Source: Myxococcota bacterium (GTDB lineage Bacteria; Myxococcota_A; UBA9160; UBA6930). From it: 64,000 bases of DNA. Every line of letters starts with the position of its first letter. Positions within the stretch are counted from its first letter, which is position 1. The translations under genes were made by a program, and so were the position numbers. Below are positions 45,541-56,384 of the stretch, piece after piece. Below the pieces are notes generated by a model. The model had not been told where the DNA came from and ran no database searches. It saw only the letters and a program-made list of their open reading frames with translations. The DNA is taken from assembly GCA_965223415.1 (NCBI GenBank), contig OZ245002.1:3616001-3680000 (forward strand). The letters are read 5' to 3'.

Positions 45541-47504
45541 TAGGCCGCTCCGCGGGTCTGGAGGTCGACGAAGCGGCGGTAGGCGCCGCCGCTCCGGCCC
45601 ATGAGCTCGGCGTGGCTGCCCTCCTCGACAATGCGCCCGGCTTCCACGAAGGCGATGCGGTCCGCATGGCGGATGGTCGAGAGGCGGTGCGCGATCACCA
45701 GCACGCCGTGATCGCTGCGCGCCTCCTCCATCATCTCCACCAGGGCGCGCTCGGTCTCCGGGTCGAGAGCAGAGGTCGGCTCGTCGAGGATCAGGATCGG
45801 GGAGGGGCGCACGAGCGCCCGGGCGATGCCGATGCGCTGCTTCTGCCCCACCGAGAGCTTGCCTCCGCCCCGTCCGAGCCGCGTGCGGTAGCCCTGGGGC
45901 AGGTCGCGCACGAAGCTGTCGGCGCCGGCGCGTACGGCGGCGCGCCTCACCTCCGCCTCGCTCGCCCGCGGGCGGCCGAGGCGGATGTTCTCTTCCACCG
46001 TGGCGTCGAAGAGCACGGTCTCCTGGAACACGAAGGCGACCTGCTCGCGGATGGAGGCCCGCGAGAAGCCCCGCGCGTCGGCTCCGTCGAAGAGAACCTG
46101 GCCCCGGTCCGGCTCGTGGAAGCGCGGGATCAGCGAGGCCAGGGTGGTCTTGCCGGCACCGGCGGGGCCGACGAGCGCCACGATCTCGCCTTTGCGGAGG
46201 TCGAGGCTCACGCCATCCAGTGCCGGCGTGCCGTCCGGGTAGGCGTAGGCGGCGTCCTCGACCCGCACGTGCCGGACCGGCCGCGGCAGGGCCGGCGTTC
46301 CCGGAGGCTCCTCCTCCGTCGGCAGGTCCATGAGGAAGAAGACGCGGTGCAGCCCCACCGCGGCCTCCTGCAGGCGGATCCACAGGGCGCCCAGATCGAT
46401 GCAGGCGAACATCAGGTAGAGGAAGTAGGTGAACAGCAGCAGGAAGTCGCCGCGGGTGATGGCGCCGGCGATCACCATGTTGGCGCCGTAGAGGAAGACC
46501 CGCCCCGCGAAGAACATCCCGGGCAGGAAGGCGAACAGGAAGATGCCCATGCCGACCACCATCACCGACCGATGCCGGCTGAAGGCGCTCCAGCTGTCCG
46601 CGTCGAAGCGATCCTGCTCCCGGTCCTCGGCACCGAGGCTCTGGACGGCGAGGATGTTCGAGAGCCCCTCTTCGAGGCTGCTGGCGGTGGCGGCGCCGGC
46701 CTGGCGGCTGGCGCTGCTGCGGCGGCGGAGCACTCCGGTGAAGGGCAGGCTCACCACCAGGGCGATGCCGAACATCCACAGCGCGCTCTGCCAGAAGATC
46801 GGGTGGTCGCCGAAGAGGAGCGACATCACGACCACCGTCGCCAGGGCGAAGGCCGCGGCGGCGAAGGGCGTGAGGATGATGCGATAGACGCCGTGGGTGA
46901 TCGACGGCGTGTCGTACATGACGCGGAAGACCGCGTCGCCGATGCGCTCGTCGTCGAAGACGGTCATCGGCAGGGCCTGGATGCGTTCGAAGAGCCGCGA
47001 TCGGTAGTGGTGGTTCAGCGCCTGGGTCAACTGGATGGTGAAGCGGAAGTCGAGCAGGCCCAGCAGTCCGCTCGCCATCGACCAGCCCTCGTTGGCCTCG
47101 TTCTCGGTGCGGCTGGCCTGGTCGTGGCCCGAGGAGAGATGGGACTCGGCCCGGTCCCGCTCGGCACCGCCGGTGCCGACGGCGCCGACCAGCACGAGAA
47201 GCAGGAGCTGGACGACGATCATCCAGCCCAGGATCTCGCCGCCGGGCAGGCCGACCAGCGGCTCCATCAGCGGGCGCAAGAGCGCCGGATAGTCCGCGGG
47301 CACGACCGGGCGCGCCTCGACCACGTGGTCGACGATGATCTTCACCGGCCACGGTGTCAGGAAGAGGGGAACCAGGGAGGCCAGGAGCAGTGCGTACTTC
47401 CATGCGAAGCGCCGACGGAAGGGCAGGGCGTAACGGAACGCCCGCCCCAGCACGCGCACGGTCTCGCCGTGGCCGATCGAGCCTCGCTCCTGGAGCCGGC
47501 TCAC
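45540..47504 (-). CDS. ABC exporter, fused TMD-NBD (heterodimer subunit 2)
   Basis: [29 protein letters not shown] overlap with the upstream subunit. Confidence 0.9.
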   Translation of the reverse strand: MSRLQERGSIGHGETVRVLGRAFRYALPFRRRFAWKYALLLASLVPLFLTPWPVKIIVDHVVEARPVVPADYPALLRPLMEPLVGLPGGEILGWMIVVQLLLLVLVGAVGTGGAERDRAESHLSSGHDQASRTENEANEGWSMASGLLGLLDFRFTIQLTQALNHHYRSRLFERIQALPMTVFDDERIGDAVFRVMYDTPSITHGVYRIILTPFAAAAFALATVVVMSLLFGDHPIFWQSALWMFGIALVVSLPFTGVLRRRSSASRQAGAATASSLEEGLSNILAVQSLGAEDREQDRFDADSWSAFSRHRSVMVVGMGIFLFAFLPGMFFAGRVFLYGANMVIAGAITRGDFLLLFTYFLYLMFACIDLGALWIRLQEAAVGLHRVFFLMDLPTEEEPPGTPALPRPVRHVRVEDAAYAYPDGTPALDGVSLDLRKGEIVALVGPAGAGKTTLASLIPRFHEPDRGQVLFDGADARGFSRASIREQVAFVFQETVLFDATVEENIRLGRPRASEAEVRRAAVRAGADSFVRDLPQGYRTRLGRGGGKLSVGQKQRIGIARALVRPSPILILDEPTSALDPETERALVEMMEEARSDHGVLVIAHRLSTIRHADRIAFVEAGRIVEEGSHAELMGRSGGAYRRFVDLQTRGAA

Positions 47505-49462
47505 GGCGAAGCCCCGGCGGCCCGGGCGGGCTCGGCCTCCTGCCGGAAGAGCGTTCCGTAGACGCCCTCCTGGCGACCCAGGAGCTCCTCGTGGGTGCCG
47601 CGTTCGACGATGCGCCCGTCCCGGAGCACCAGGATCTGGTCGGCCCGGCGGATCGACGAGAGCCGGTGGGTGATCAGGAAGATGAGCCGGCCCCGGCCCC
47701 ACTCGGCGAGGTTCCCGAGCACGCGGATCTCGGTCTCCGCGTCGAGGGAGGCCGTGGGCTCGTCGAGGATCAGGATGGGCGTGTCCTTCAGCACCGCCCG
47801 GGCGATCGAGAGGCGCTGGCGCTGGCCGGTCGAGAGCTTGGTTCCACGCTCTCCCAGGAGCGTGTCGTAGCCCCCGGGCAGCTTGGCGATGAACTCGTCG
47901 GCGCCGGCGATGCGGGCGGCCTCGCGCACCTTGGCGTCGGTCGCGCCGGGCACCGCGTAGCGAATGTTCTCGCGCACGGTCGTCCCGAACAGCAGGTTCT
48001 CCTGCAGCGCAACCGCCACGGCGCTGCGCAGGCTCGCCGTCTGGAACCTCCGCAGGTCGCGCCCGTCGATTTCGACCGCGCCTCGTTCCGGCTCGAAGAG
48101 ACGCAGCAGCAGGGCCATCAGCGTGGTCTTGCCCGAGCCGGTCGGGCCGACGATCGCCGTCATGCTGCCCACCTCGGCCTCGAAGTCGACGCCCTCCAGG
48201 GCGGGGCGGTCCGGCTGGTAGCGGAAGTGCACGTCGCGGTAGGCGATGCCGCGGCCGATGCTCTCCAGGGGCACCGCGTCCGGCACATCCTGCACCTCGG
48301 GCTCGAGGTCGAGCAGCTCGAAGACCCGGTCGAGGCCGATCGCCACGTCCTGGGTGCGGCCCCAGGTCTTGAAGAGGAGCCGCAGCTGGCCCGCGCCATC
48401 GCCGAAGCGCATCTTGAAGAAGTTGTAGAGGCCGAGGGTCCAGATGCTGAAGCCCAGGACTTCGAGCATCAGAGGCGCGCTGGTCGCCGTGCGCGCCGCG
48501 GCGAAGGCGCCGCCGCCCACGAGCGCCAGGCCACAGACCCAGAAGAGCGAGACGGTGAAGACCGCCAGCCGGTCCCGGGCGCGGAAGGCCGCGTCGAAGG
48601 CGCTTCGGCTGGCCCCCTCGAAGACGTCCTGCCAGCGCCGCTCGGCCCCGTAGGCCTTGATCACCTTGATGCCGACCAGCGTCTCCTGGATGCGCGCCGT
48701 GAGCGACGCGTTCGTCTCCCGCGCCTCGCGGAACCCGACCCGCAGGCGCCGGGAGAACCACAGGCCCAGCAGGAGGAGCGGCGGCCACAGGAGCCCCAGC
48801 GCTAGCGCCATCCAGGGATCGAAGGCGGCGACGACGAGGACGCCGAAGGCATAGCGGCCGAGGGTGGCGATCGGCGCGAAGAAGAGCAGCTCGATCAGCT
48901 GCGTCACCATCGCCGAGTCCTGCATCATGCGGTAGAGCGCGTCGCCGATCGCGTGGTCGCTGTGGAAGCGCAGGGAGAGCCGCTGGAGCTGCTCGAGGAG
49001 CTGCACCCGCAAGAGCTGGTTCACCCGCTGCAGGATCCAGACCTGGTAGTAGTAGAGGGCTAGGATCAGGGGCGTCACCAGCACGGCGACGGCGCCGCAC
49101 GCGACGAGCGCGCCTTCCAGGAGATCCCGCCGCACCGGCGCCGCGAGCTCCTCCACGTGCGTCACCAGGGCCGGGTCGAGGCCGAGGAGCCGGGCCTGCT
49201 CCAGGGGCAGCGGCTGGCCTTGCAGGACGCGCGTCCAGATCAGGTCGAGCACCAGGAGGCCGAGGGGGAAGAGCGCCACGGCCACCAGGCCGAATCCGCC
49301 GAACAGCGCGAACATGTGCCGCCGCAGCGGGTGCAGCCACTGGAGACACCGGGCGAGCAGGCGAAGGACGAGCCGGAAGGGAAGCCGGTCCGCGCGGCCG
49401 CCCTGGCCCAGGTGGCCGAGGCCTCCCCATGCGGGACCGCCGTTCTGGGTGGGGTGCGCCAA
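47501..49462 (-). CDS. ABC exporter, fused TMD-NBD (heterodimer subunit 1)
   Basis: [25 protein letters not shown]. Confidence 0.9.
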   Translation of the reverse strand: MAHPTQNGGPAWGGLGHLGQGGRADRLPFRLVLRLLARCLQWLHPLRRHMFALFGGFGLVAVALFPLGLLVLDLIWTRVLQGQPLPLEQARLLGLDPALVTHVEELAAPVRRDLLEGALVACGAVAVLVTPLILALYYYQVWILQRVNQLLRVQLLEQLQRLSLRFHSDHAIGDALYRMMQDSAMVTQLIELLFFAPIATLGRYAFGVLVVAAFDPWMALALGLLWPPLLLLGLWFSRRLRVGFREARETNASLTARIQETLVGIKVIKAYGAERRWQDVFEGASRSAFDAAFRARDRLAVFTVSLFWVCGLALVGGGAFAAARTATSAPLMLEVLGFSIWTLGLYNFFKMRFGDGAGQLRLLFKTWGRTQDVAIGLDRVFELLDLEPEVQDVPDAVPLESIGRGIAYRDVHFRYQPDRPALEGVDFEAEVGSMTAIVGPTGSGKTTLMALLLRLFEPERGAVEIDGRDLRRFQTASLRSAVAVALQENLLFGTTVRENIRYAVPGATDAKVREAARIAGADEFIAKLPGGYDTLLGERGTKLSTGQRQRLSIARAVLKDTPILILDEPTASLDAETEIRVLGNLAEWGRGRLIFLITHRLSSIRRADQILVLRDGRIVERGTHEELLGRQEGVYGTLFRQEAEPARAAGASP

Positions 49463-49574
49463 GTTCTTCCCTCTCGGGCGCCCGACCCACCCGACACCCG
49501 ACGGTAATTCCTCCTGGGTCCGCCGCCAACGTCGCCGGCCTTGCCCCCCGCGGGGCGGCCTCTACCCTCCGGCC

Positions 49575-50924
49575 GTGCACATCGTCATCGTCGGCGGAGG
49601 CCAGGTGGGGACCACCCTCGCCTCCAAGCTCTCCGGCGAGGGTCACGACGTGGCGGTGGTGGAGCGCGATCCCGCCCGGCTGGCCGACCTCGCCGACACT
49701 CTCGACGTGCGGGTGGTGGCGGGCAACGGCGCCACCGCCGGCGCGCTGCGCCAGGCCGGGGCCGCCGACGCGAGCCTGGTGGTCGCGGCCACCGAGAGCG
49801 ACGAGGCGAACTTCGTCTGCGGTCGCATCGCGGCGTCGATGTTCGAGGTGCCCCACGTGGTGGTGCGTCTCCGCGAGCCGGACCACGAGGAGGCCTTCCG
49901 CGCGCTATCGCGCGGCGACGACGTCGACATCGCCTGCGTGAACCCGGAGGCCGCCGCCGTCGGGGAGATCGGGGCGCTCCTCGAGGTGCCCGGTGCTCTC
50001 GACGTCTGGCACTTCATGGGCGGCGACCTGCTGGTCGCGGGTTTCCCCATCCACGAGGGCTCCGAGTTCGCCGAACGTCCGGTGCTCGACATGCGGCTCT
50101 TCTTCGCCGAGACGCCGTCCCTCGTCGTCGCGATCCACCGCGACGACCACGTGCTGGTGCCCGGCGGCAAGGAGACGATCCGCACCGGCGACATCGTCTA
50201 CTTCGCCCTCGCCCGCTCCGACCTCGACGCCATGCTCGAGCTGATGGAGGTGTCCCGGGAGGCGAGTCGCAAGTTGATGATCGCCGGCGCCAGTCGCATG
50301 GGGTTGGACCTGGCCCGGCGCCTCGAGTCGAGCACCGCATCCCTCGTGGTCCTCGAGCCGGACGAGGGGCGCGCCCGCGCCGCCGCCGAGCAGCTCTCTC
50401 GCGCCGTCGTCGTCCACGGCTCCCTGACCAGCGAGCGCCTCCTGGACGAGGAGCAGATCGAGCGCGTCGGCACCTTCGTCGCCGTCGGCGACGACCACGA
50501 GACGAACCTGGTGGCGGGGCTGCTGGCCAAGCGCATGGGCGCCGGCCGCGCCTTCGCGCTGGTCGACAACCCGGCCCTCGCCAACCTGATCGGCGAGACC
50601 GCCATCGACGCCATCATCAGCCCCCGGCTCCTGGCCATCGGGCTCACCCTCCAGCACATCCCTGGAGCGGTCGTCCACGAGATGGCGGCCCTGCTCGGCG
50701 ACCGGGTCGAAGTCCTGGAGGCCGAAGTGGGGAGGGGCGCACCGGTGTGCAATCACGTCATCGCCAGCCTCGACCTGCCGCCGGGCCTGCTGTTCGTGGC
50801 GATCGGTCGCGGCGGCGGCCTCCGGGTGCCGCGCGGCGACGACCGGGTGGAGCCGGGAGACCGGCTGCTGGTCGTGGCGAAGAGTGGCCTTCGGAGCCGG
50901 CTGTCGGCGTTGCTGCTGCCCTAG
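49575..50924 (+). CDS. trkA: Trk system K+ uptake regulatory subunit (two RCK N/C pairs)
   Basis: VIVGGGQVG, TESDEAN, DDHETNL, IISPR; ~450 aa. Confidence 0.9.
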   Translation: MHIVIVGGGQVGTTLASKLSGEGHDVAVVERDPARLADLADTLDVRVVAGNGATAGALRQAGAADASLVVAATESDEANFVCGRIAASMFEVPHVVVRLREPDHEEAFRALSRGDDVDIACVNPEAAAVGEIGALLEVPGALDVWHFMGGDLLVAGFPIHEGSEFAERPVLDMRLFFAETPSLVVAIHRDDHVLVPGGKETIRTGDIVYFALARSDLDAMLELMEVSREASRKLMIAGASRMGLDLARRLESSTASLVVLEPDEGRARAAAEQLSRAVVVHGSLTSERLLDEEQIERVGTFVAVGDDHETNLVAGLLAKRMGAGRAFALVDNPALANLIGETAIDAIISPRLLAIGLTLQHIPGAVVHEMAALLGDRVEVLEAEVGRGAPVCNHVIASLDLPPGLLFVAIGRGGGLRVPRGDDRVEPGDRLLVVAKSGLRSRLSALLLP

Positions 50925-50950
50925 CTCCCGGGATCCGACGGGAGGCGGCC

Positions 50951-51499
50951 CTAGAGCCTGAGCCGGCTCGCTCGCCGGCGGCCCGAGATGCCGTGCAGGA
51001 TCGCTCCCAGGGCCATGCCGGTACAGAAGATCAGCGCACCCATCAGCCACTCGGCGGAGCGGGTGCCTGCCCGAAGCTTGTAGTTCTCCTGGGTGAGCCG
51101 CTCGATCTCTTCCTTCTGGCCGCCGTCCGCCGAGCTCAGCGTGTCGTTGGACTGGCGCAGGCGCTGGGCCTCCGCGGAGGTCGATTCCAGCGTGCTGCGG
51201 AGCTGCTCGGTCTCCGCCTCGAGCTGGGCGAGCCGCACGGTCGGCGGCGCGTCCGGCTCGAGATAGCCCTCGGCGATCCAGCCGGTCTTGCCCTCGCCGT
51301 CGCGGACCTTCGTCCAGCCGTCGCCCCGTTCGAGCACGCTCAGCCGATCGCCGGGCGTCGCCGACGCCAGGATCCGGAACTGGGTGCCCGGGCCGCTCCG
51401 CAAGTTGAGCGGCGCGCCGCGCACCCAGGCTTCCTCGGCCCCGGCGGCGCCGGCCAGTAGCAGGAGCCCCAGGACGGACGCCACGATCCCCCGCCTCAT
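50951..51499 (-). CDS. SH3-domain, coiled-coil, C-terminal TM protein (YgiM/TIGR04211-like)
   Basis: Signal peptide, NLRSGPGTQFRI, GWTKV...GWI, coiled coil, TM plus basic tail; TACAAT and GGAGG upstream. Confidence 0.85.
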   Translation of the reverse strand: MRRGIVASVLGLLLLAGAAGAEEAWVRGAPLNLRSGPGTQFRILASATPGDRLSVLERGDGWTKVRDGEGKTGWIAEGYLEPDAPPTVRLAQLEAETEQLRSTLESTSAEAQRLRQSNDTLSSADGGQKEEIERLTQENYKLRAGTRSAEWLMGALIFCTGMALGAILHGISGRRRASRLRL

Positions 51500-51613
51500 C
51501 CGATCCACCTCCACAGGACCGGGATTGTATCGACCCGGCCTGAAGTTGGGAGCCGGAGGCGGTTTCCCCTCACCCCACGACGCCGGCCCCGTCTTCCGAT
51601 ACGATCTCGCCCG

Positions 51614-52267
51614 ATGGGACGCCTTCGCCTCCTGCCGGGCCTCTTGTTCCCCTGGCTCGCTGTGGCCGCCGCCGCCCAGCCGCCCACCGTGCTTCCGACG
51701 CTCAGCGTGGAGCAGGTCGAGGTGCTCGAGCGGGGCGAGGTCGTGGTGACCGAGCTGCCGCCCACCGACGGCGAGGGCTTCGCCTACAAAACCTACGGGC
51801 TGGTTGATGCGGCGCCGCCCGAGGTGTGGGCGGTGCTCCGGGATTGCGAGCGCCTGGACGAGTTCATGCCGCGCATGGCGCGGGCCGTGGAGACGGAGCA
51901 GACCGACGACTCCTACGTCTGCGAGACGGAGATCGCGCTGCCGTTCCCGCTCTCGAACCGGACGAACGCGGCGCGCTCCTTCCTCGAAGAGCTGCCCGGC
52001 GGGATCTTCAAGCGGCAGTGGTCGCTGGTCGACGGGGACTGGGACTACCACCGGCACGACGGCTCCTGGACCATCCATCCCTGGGGCGAAGGCGGTGAGC
52101 GCTCGCTGCTCGAGAACTGGATGGACAGCTGGCCCAAGACCGGTGTCCCGGAGTTCGTGGTGCAGGCGGCCCAGACGGTGCAAGCGCCCGCCGCCTTCGA
52201 CGCGATTCGCGAGCGGGTGCGGGTGGTGCGGCGGCCCGACGTGGCGGCGGGGCCGCCGGCGAACTAG
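51614..52267 (+). CDS. Exported SRPBCC/START-fold lipid-binding protein
   Basis: Signal peptide; APPEVWAVLRD...EFMP; GSWTI. Confidence 0.75.
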   Translation: MGRLRLLPGLLFPWLAVAAAAQPPTVLPTLSVEQVEVLERGEVVVTELPPTDGEGFAYKTYGLVDAAPPEVWAVLRDCERLDEFMPRMARAVETEQTDDSYVCETEIALPFPLSNRTNAARSFLEELPGGIFKRQWSLVDGDWDYHRHDGSWTIHPWGEGGERSLLENWMDSWPKTGVPEFVVQAAQTVQAPAAFDAIRERVRVVRRPDVAAGPPAN

Positions 52268-53478
52268 CCCGGCCCGTCGTCGCTCTCCAACGCCGAGGCG
52301 ATCTCCGCCTCGCTCAGGCCCGCCGCGCGCAGGACGTCCGCGCCGTCGGCGCCGAGCTCCGGGGCAGGGCGCTCGCCCTCCATGGCGTGGGCCGACAGGC
52401 GGAGGGGCGGGGCGACGGTCTCGAAGGGCCCGGTGCGCGGGTGGTCGACCCGCGCGAACACGCCGTTCGCCCGGGCCTGGGGATCGTGCACCGCTTCCGC
52501 GAGCGTGCGCACCGGCGCCCAGATGACCGGCTCGCCGCCGAGGGTGCGCTCCCACTCGGCCAGGCTCCGGCTCGAGAAGACGTCGGCCAGGATCGCCGAC
52601 AGCGCTTCGCTGTTGCGGTAGCGGCCGACGGCGCCGTCGAAGCGCTCGTCCGCCTCCAGGTCCGGCTTCCCGATGGCCCGACACAGGGCGGGCCAGTAGC
52701 GATCCGATTCGATCATCACGAGGAAGAGCCAGCGGCCGTCGGCCGTGGGGTAGTGGTTCCAGAGCGGATTGCGCGGCCTGCGACGATCGTGGGGCGGGGG
52801 ATTGTCGCCGGTCGTGAGGGTGGGCGCCGCGTCGTTGCCCTGCACGTAGAAGCCGATGTGCATCAGGTTGACGTCGACGACCTGGCCCCCGCCCTCCCGA
52901 TCGCGCATGCGGAGGGCCGAGAGGATGCCGGTGGTCAGCGCGAGGGAGGCGGCGTGGTCGCCGACCCCGGGGCGCTGCCACGCCGGCGCGGCGTCGGGCT
53001 CGCGCATCAGGTCCATCAGGCCGGTGCGGGCCCAGTAAGCGGCGTAGTCGAAGGACGGTGTGTCGGCCTCCTCCCCCTCGCGGCCGTAGCCCGTGAGCGT
53101 GGCCACGACGAGTTCGGGCCGTCGGGCTCGCAGCTGCTCCGGATCGAGACCGTACTTCTCGAGGCGTCCGGGCAGCATGTTCGTGAGCACGACGTCGGCG
53201 CCGTCGATCACCCGCAGGAGCGCCTCCCGCGCCTCGGCCCGCCGCAGGTCGAGCGCGAGGGAGCGCTTGCCCCGGTTGTCCATGTGGAACTGGGGCGCGT
53301 CAGGGAAGTCGCTCTTCCAGCCCAGGAGCTTCGGCCGCGAGTGGCGCAGTGTCTCGCCTCCCGGCACCTCGACCTTGATCACCTCGGCACCGAGATCGGC
53401 CAGCAACGCTCCGGCCGCCGGCGCCGCCACGAAGCTCGCGATCTCCACCACCCGCACACCCGAGAGAGGCGCCTGCAT
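52264..53478 (-). CDS. CaiB/BaiF class III CoA-transferase
   Basis: PLSGVRVVE, LADLGAEVIKVE, NRGKRSLALDL, GVGDH (catalytic Asp). Confidence 0.92.
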   Translation of the reverse strand: MQAPLSGVRVVEIASFVAAPAAGALLADLGAEVIKVEVPGGETLRHSRPKLLGWKSDFPDAPQFHMDNRGKRSLALDLRRAEAREALLRVIDGADVVLTNMLPGRLEKYGLDPEQLRARRPELVVATLTGYGREGEEADTPSFDYAAYWARTGLMDLMREPDAAPAWQRPGVGDHAASLALTTGILSALRMRDREGGGQVVDVNLMHIGFYVQGNDAAPTLTTGDNPPPHDRRRPRNPLWNHYPTADGRWLFLVMIESDRYWPALCRAIGKPDLEADERFDGAVGRYRNSEALSAILADVFSSRSLAEWERTLGGEPVIWAPVRTLAEAVHDPQARANGVFARVDHPRTGPFETVAPPLRLSAHAMEGERPAPELGADGADVLRAAGLSEAEIASALESDDGPG

Positions 53479-53513
53479 GGCCCGGAGCATAGGACGGAAA
53501 CCGCGAGGACGAT

Positions 53514-55100
53514 TCAGGGGAGGGGGAAGACGTCGGCGGCGGTGCGGGTTCGGCCCAGGGCGTCGCGGTGGACGGCGTGATCGCGGGTGAACTCGGTGGG
53601 GGAGCGCAGGCCGGCGGCGGCCGTGAGCGAGGCGAGGCCGGCACGCAGCGTGGTGACGTAGTTGAGCACGCGGTACTGCTTCTCGTTCACGACGAGGGCC
53701 TTCATCAGGCGTTCGTCGGTCGTCGCGACGCCGACCGGGCAGGTGTTGTTGTGGCAACGCTGGGCCTGGATGCAGCCCACGGAGATCATCAGCCCCCGGG
53801 CGATCTGGACGGCGTCGGCGCCGAAGCACAGGGCCAGGGCGATGCGATCCGCGGAGAAGAGCTTGCCGGAGGCGATGATCTTCACCCGGTCGCGCACGCC
53901 GGCGCGCCGCAGGGCGTCGTCGGCTTCGACCAGGCCCGAACGGATGGGCAGCCCCATCGTGTCGGCCATCTCGCGGTAGGTGGCACCGGAGCCGCCCTCG
54001 CCGCCGTCGACGGAGATCCAGTCGGGGCCGTCGCCGCGCTGGGCCATCGCGAGTGCGAGCTCGTCGAGGCTCCCGGGTCCGCCGACCACGACCTTCACGC
54101 CCACGGGCTTGCCGCCCTCCTGGCGCATGCGGCCGATCCACTCGAACAGATCGTCGAGGTCGGCGATCATCGGGAAGCGGGCGGGGGAGTCGATCGTCTG
54201 CCAGGCCGGCACGCCGCGGATCTCCGCGATCTCCTGCGACACCTTCTCCCCCTCGACGTGGCCCCCGCGGATCTTCGCGCCCTGGTGGAGCTTCAGCTCG
54301 AAGCCGATCACCTCGGGAACCGCAGCCTGCTTGCGGAAGCGATCCCAGTCGAAGCGGCCCTCCTCGTCCCGCACGCCGAACAGCCCGGGACCGATCTGGA
54401 ACACGACCGGGCCGCCGCCGACGAGGTGATGGGGCGAGAGCCCACCTTCGCCGGTGTTCATCCACGCCCCGTGCGCCTTGCCGAGTCCGAGCGAGAGCGC
54501 CCGGATCGCGTGCTGGCCCAGGGCCCCGTAGGACATGCCGCTCATGCCCATGAGCCCGTGCAGCCGCCAGGGATGCGCCAGGTCGGCACCGATCATCGGC
54601 GCGAACGCGTCGTCGAGGGTCCAGGGCGCGACCCGGCAAGTCACCACGTGCTCGGCCCGGCTCAGGAGCCCGTCGTGGTCAGTGACATAGCGTTGGGTCT
54701 CGATCGACGGTTGGCGATCGAGGGCCAGGTCGTCCATCAGGGTGGGAAGCAGCCCGTTGCGCAGGAACCACCCGGGACGCTCGAAGTCGCGCTTCGATCC
54801 GAACGAGATCAGCGACTTCATGTACTTCCCGGAGAGCACGATGCTCTGGTAGTCGTCCCGGGAGAAGGGCCGGCCCTCGCGGTCGCCGTCGAAGAGGTAC
54901 TGGCGCATCTCCGGACCGAGGTGCTCGAACAGGTATCGAAGGCGACCGAGCAGCGGGAAGTTGCGCAGGACCGCGTGCTGGGTCTGGAAGCGGTCGTGGA
55001 GGTAGAGGCCGATCAGGAAGAGCGGCGGCCCGGCCATCATGAGGACGAGCAGTGCCAGGGTCGCGACCGACACCCACTCTCGAATCCAGGCCAGCTCCAT
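53514..55100 (-). CDS. FMN-binding glutamate synthase-family protein (membrane-anchored)
   Basis: MSYGAL, NTGEGG, LHQGAK, DGGEGGSGA, CIQAQRCHNNTCPVG [3Fe-4S] motif; no glutamine amidotransferase domain. Confidence 0.9.
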   Translation of the reverse strand: MELAWIREWVSVATLALLVLMMAGPPLFLIGLYLHDRFQTQHAVLRNFPLLGRLRYLFEHLGPEMRQYLFDGDREGRPFSRDDYQSIVLSGKYMKSLISFGSKRDFERPGWFLRNGLLPTLMDDLALDRQPSIETQRYVTDHDGLLSRAEHVVTCRVAPWTLDDAFAPMIGADLAHPWRLHGLMGMSGMSYGALGQHAIRALSLGLGKAHGAWMNTGEGGLSPHHLVGGGPVVFQIGPGLFGVRDEEGRFDWDRFRKQAAVPEVIGFELKLHQGAKIRGGHVEGEKVSQEIAEIRGVPAWQTIDSPARFPMIADLDDLFEWIGRMRQEGGKPVGVKVVVGGPGSLDELALAMAQRGDGPDWISVDGGEGGSGATYREMADTMGLPIRSGLVEADDALRRAGVRDRVKIIASGKLFSADRIALALCFGADAVQIARGLMISVGCIQAQRCHNNTCPVGVATTDERLMKALVVNEKQYRVLNYVTTLRAGLASLTAAAGLRSPTEFTRDHAVHRDALGRTRTAADVFPLP

Positions 55101-55280
55101 GGTGTCCGCGTCCCCCTCCGGGTCTTCGGCCGGCGGCGGCTCCGAGGTGAGGCTCCAGCCACGTCGAAGGGGCGCGAGGCCTCTGGTGACGACTCGAAAT
55201 GGTGGGAAGCCCCCACCTATGGGTGCCTGGAACGAGGGAACTCCTTCTCCTCGCCCCGCGTCCCACCGATGAGGTGCTGC

Positions 55281-56384
55281 ATGCGTTACGTCCACCTGGA
55301 GGGGACCCCGGCCGAAATGGGGGAGGCCTTCGGAGAGGGCTTCCGGGCCGAGATCCAGGAGCTCTCCCGCCTGCGCACGGCGAACGCCCTGGCCCAGGCG
55401 CGGCTCTACGGAGGGCGCCAGGTCGACGAAGGGGCGCTGCTGGCCCTGGCCGCCGCGAGCCTCGAGGCCTGCGCCGCCTACCATCCGGACGGCCACGAGG
55501 AGCTTCTCGGGATCGCCCGCGGCGCGGCCCTGGCCCCCGAGGCGGCCCTGGCGATGGGCGGCCTCACGGACCTGCGCGACGCCCTGGCCTGGGGCGGGCC
55601 CCTCGAGGCCCTGGGCGGCTGCACCGCGTTCCTCGTTCCCGAGGCCCGCGCGGCGGACGGCCGGCTGCGGCTCGGCCAGACCTGGGATCTCGGCACGGAC
55701 AACCAGCCCTTCGTCGTGGCCGTGCACCGTCGGCCGCGGCGCGGCCCCGCGACCTGGTGCGTGACCACGGTGGGATGCCTCTCCCTGATGGGCATCAACG
55801 AGCACGGCCTGGCCGTCGGCACGACGAATCTGCGCACCGTCGATGCGAGACCGGGCGTGCCCTACCTGCAGCTCATCCACAAGGCGCTCGGTGCCCGGGA
55901 GCTGGGCGAGGCGCTTCGCTGCCTCGAGACGGCGCCGCGGGCGGGCGCGCACAGCTACCTGCTGGCGGACGCCCACGGGAAGGCCGCCGTCCTCGAGAGC
56001 ACGGCGACACGTTCCCACCTGCGGGTCCTCACTCGGGACTGCGAGGTCCAGACGAACCACTGCCAGGCCCGGGAACTCGCCGCCCTGGAAGGGGCGACGC
56101 CGCGGGCCTCCTCCGAGGCGCGCCTCGGCCGCATGCGCGGGCTCCTCGCCGGCCGCGGCCTGCTCGACGACGGCGCCCTGCGCGCCTGCCTCTCGGATCG
56201 GCAGGGGGGCGCCCTCGCGATCAACCGGGACGATGTGGACGGCATCAGCACGAACGCGGCCGTCCTCGCGACGCCGGTGGCCCGGTGCCTCCAGGCCTGT
56301 CAGGGCGCGCCGGATCGGGGCCGCTGGCTCCGCTTCGGTCCTGCGCCCGCCGCCGATCAGCCGGCGCCGATGGCGCCGGCGTAG
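55281..56384 (+). CDS. Peptidase C45 / acyl-CoA:6-APA acyltransferase-family Ntn hydrolase
   Basis: GTPAEMG, GG|CT autocleavage site, GQTWD, GINEHGL, TNH. Confidence 0.85.
   Translation: MRYVHLEGTPAEMGEAFGEGFRAEIQELSRLRTANALAQARLYGGRQVDEGALLALAAASLEACAAYHPDGHEELLGIARGAALAPEAALAMGGLTDLRDALAWGGPLEALGGCTAFLVPEARAADGRLRLGQTWDLGTDNQPFVVAVHRRPRRGPATWCVTTVGCLSLMGINEHGLAVGTTNLRTVDARPGVPYLQLIHKALGARELGEALRCLETAPRAGAHSYLLADAHGKAAVLESTATRSHLRVLTRDCEVQTNHCQARELAALEGATPRASSEARLGRMRGLLAGRGLLDDGALRACLSDRQGGALAINRDDVDGISTNAAVLATPVARCLQACQGAPDRGRWLRFGPAPAADQPAPMAPA

Noticed and set aside
55281..56384. Beta-lactam biosynthesis implied by the C45 acyltransferase-like gene
   Set aside because: No NRPS or IPNS nearby; C45 hydrolases are widespread.
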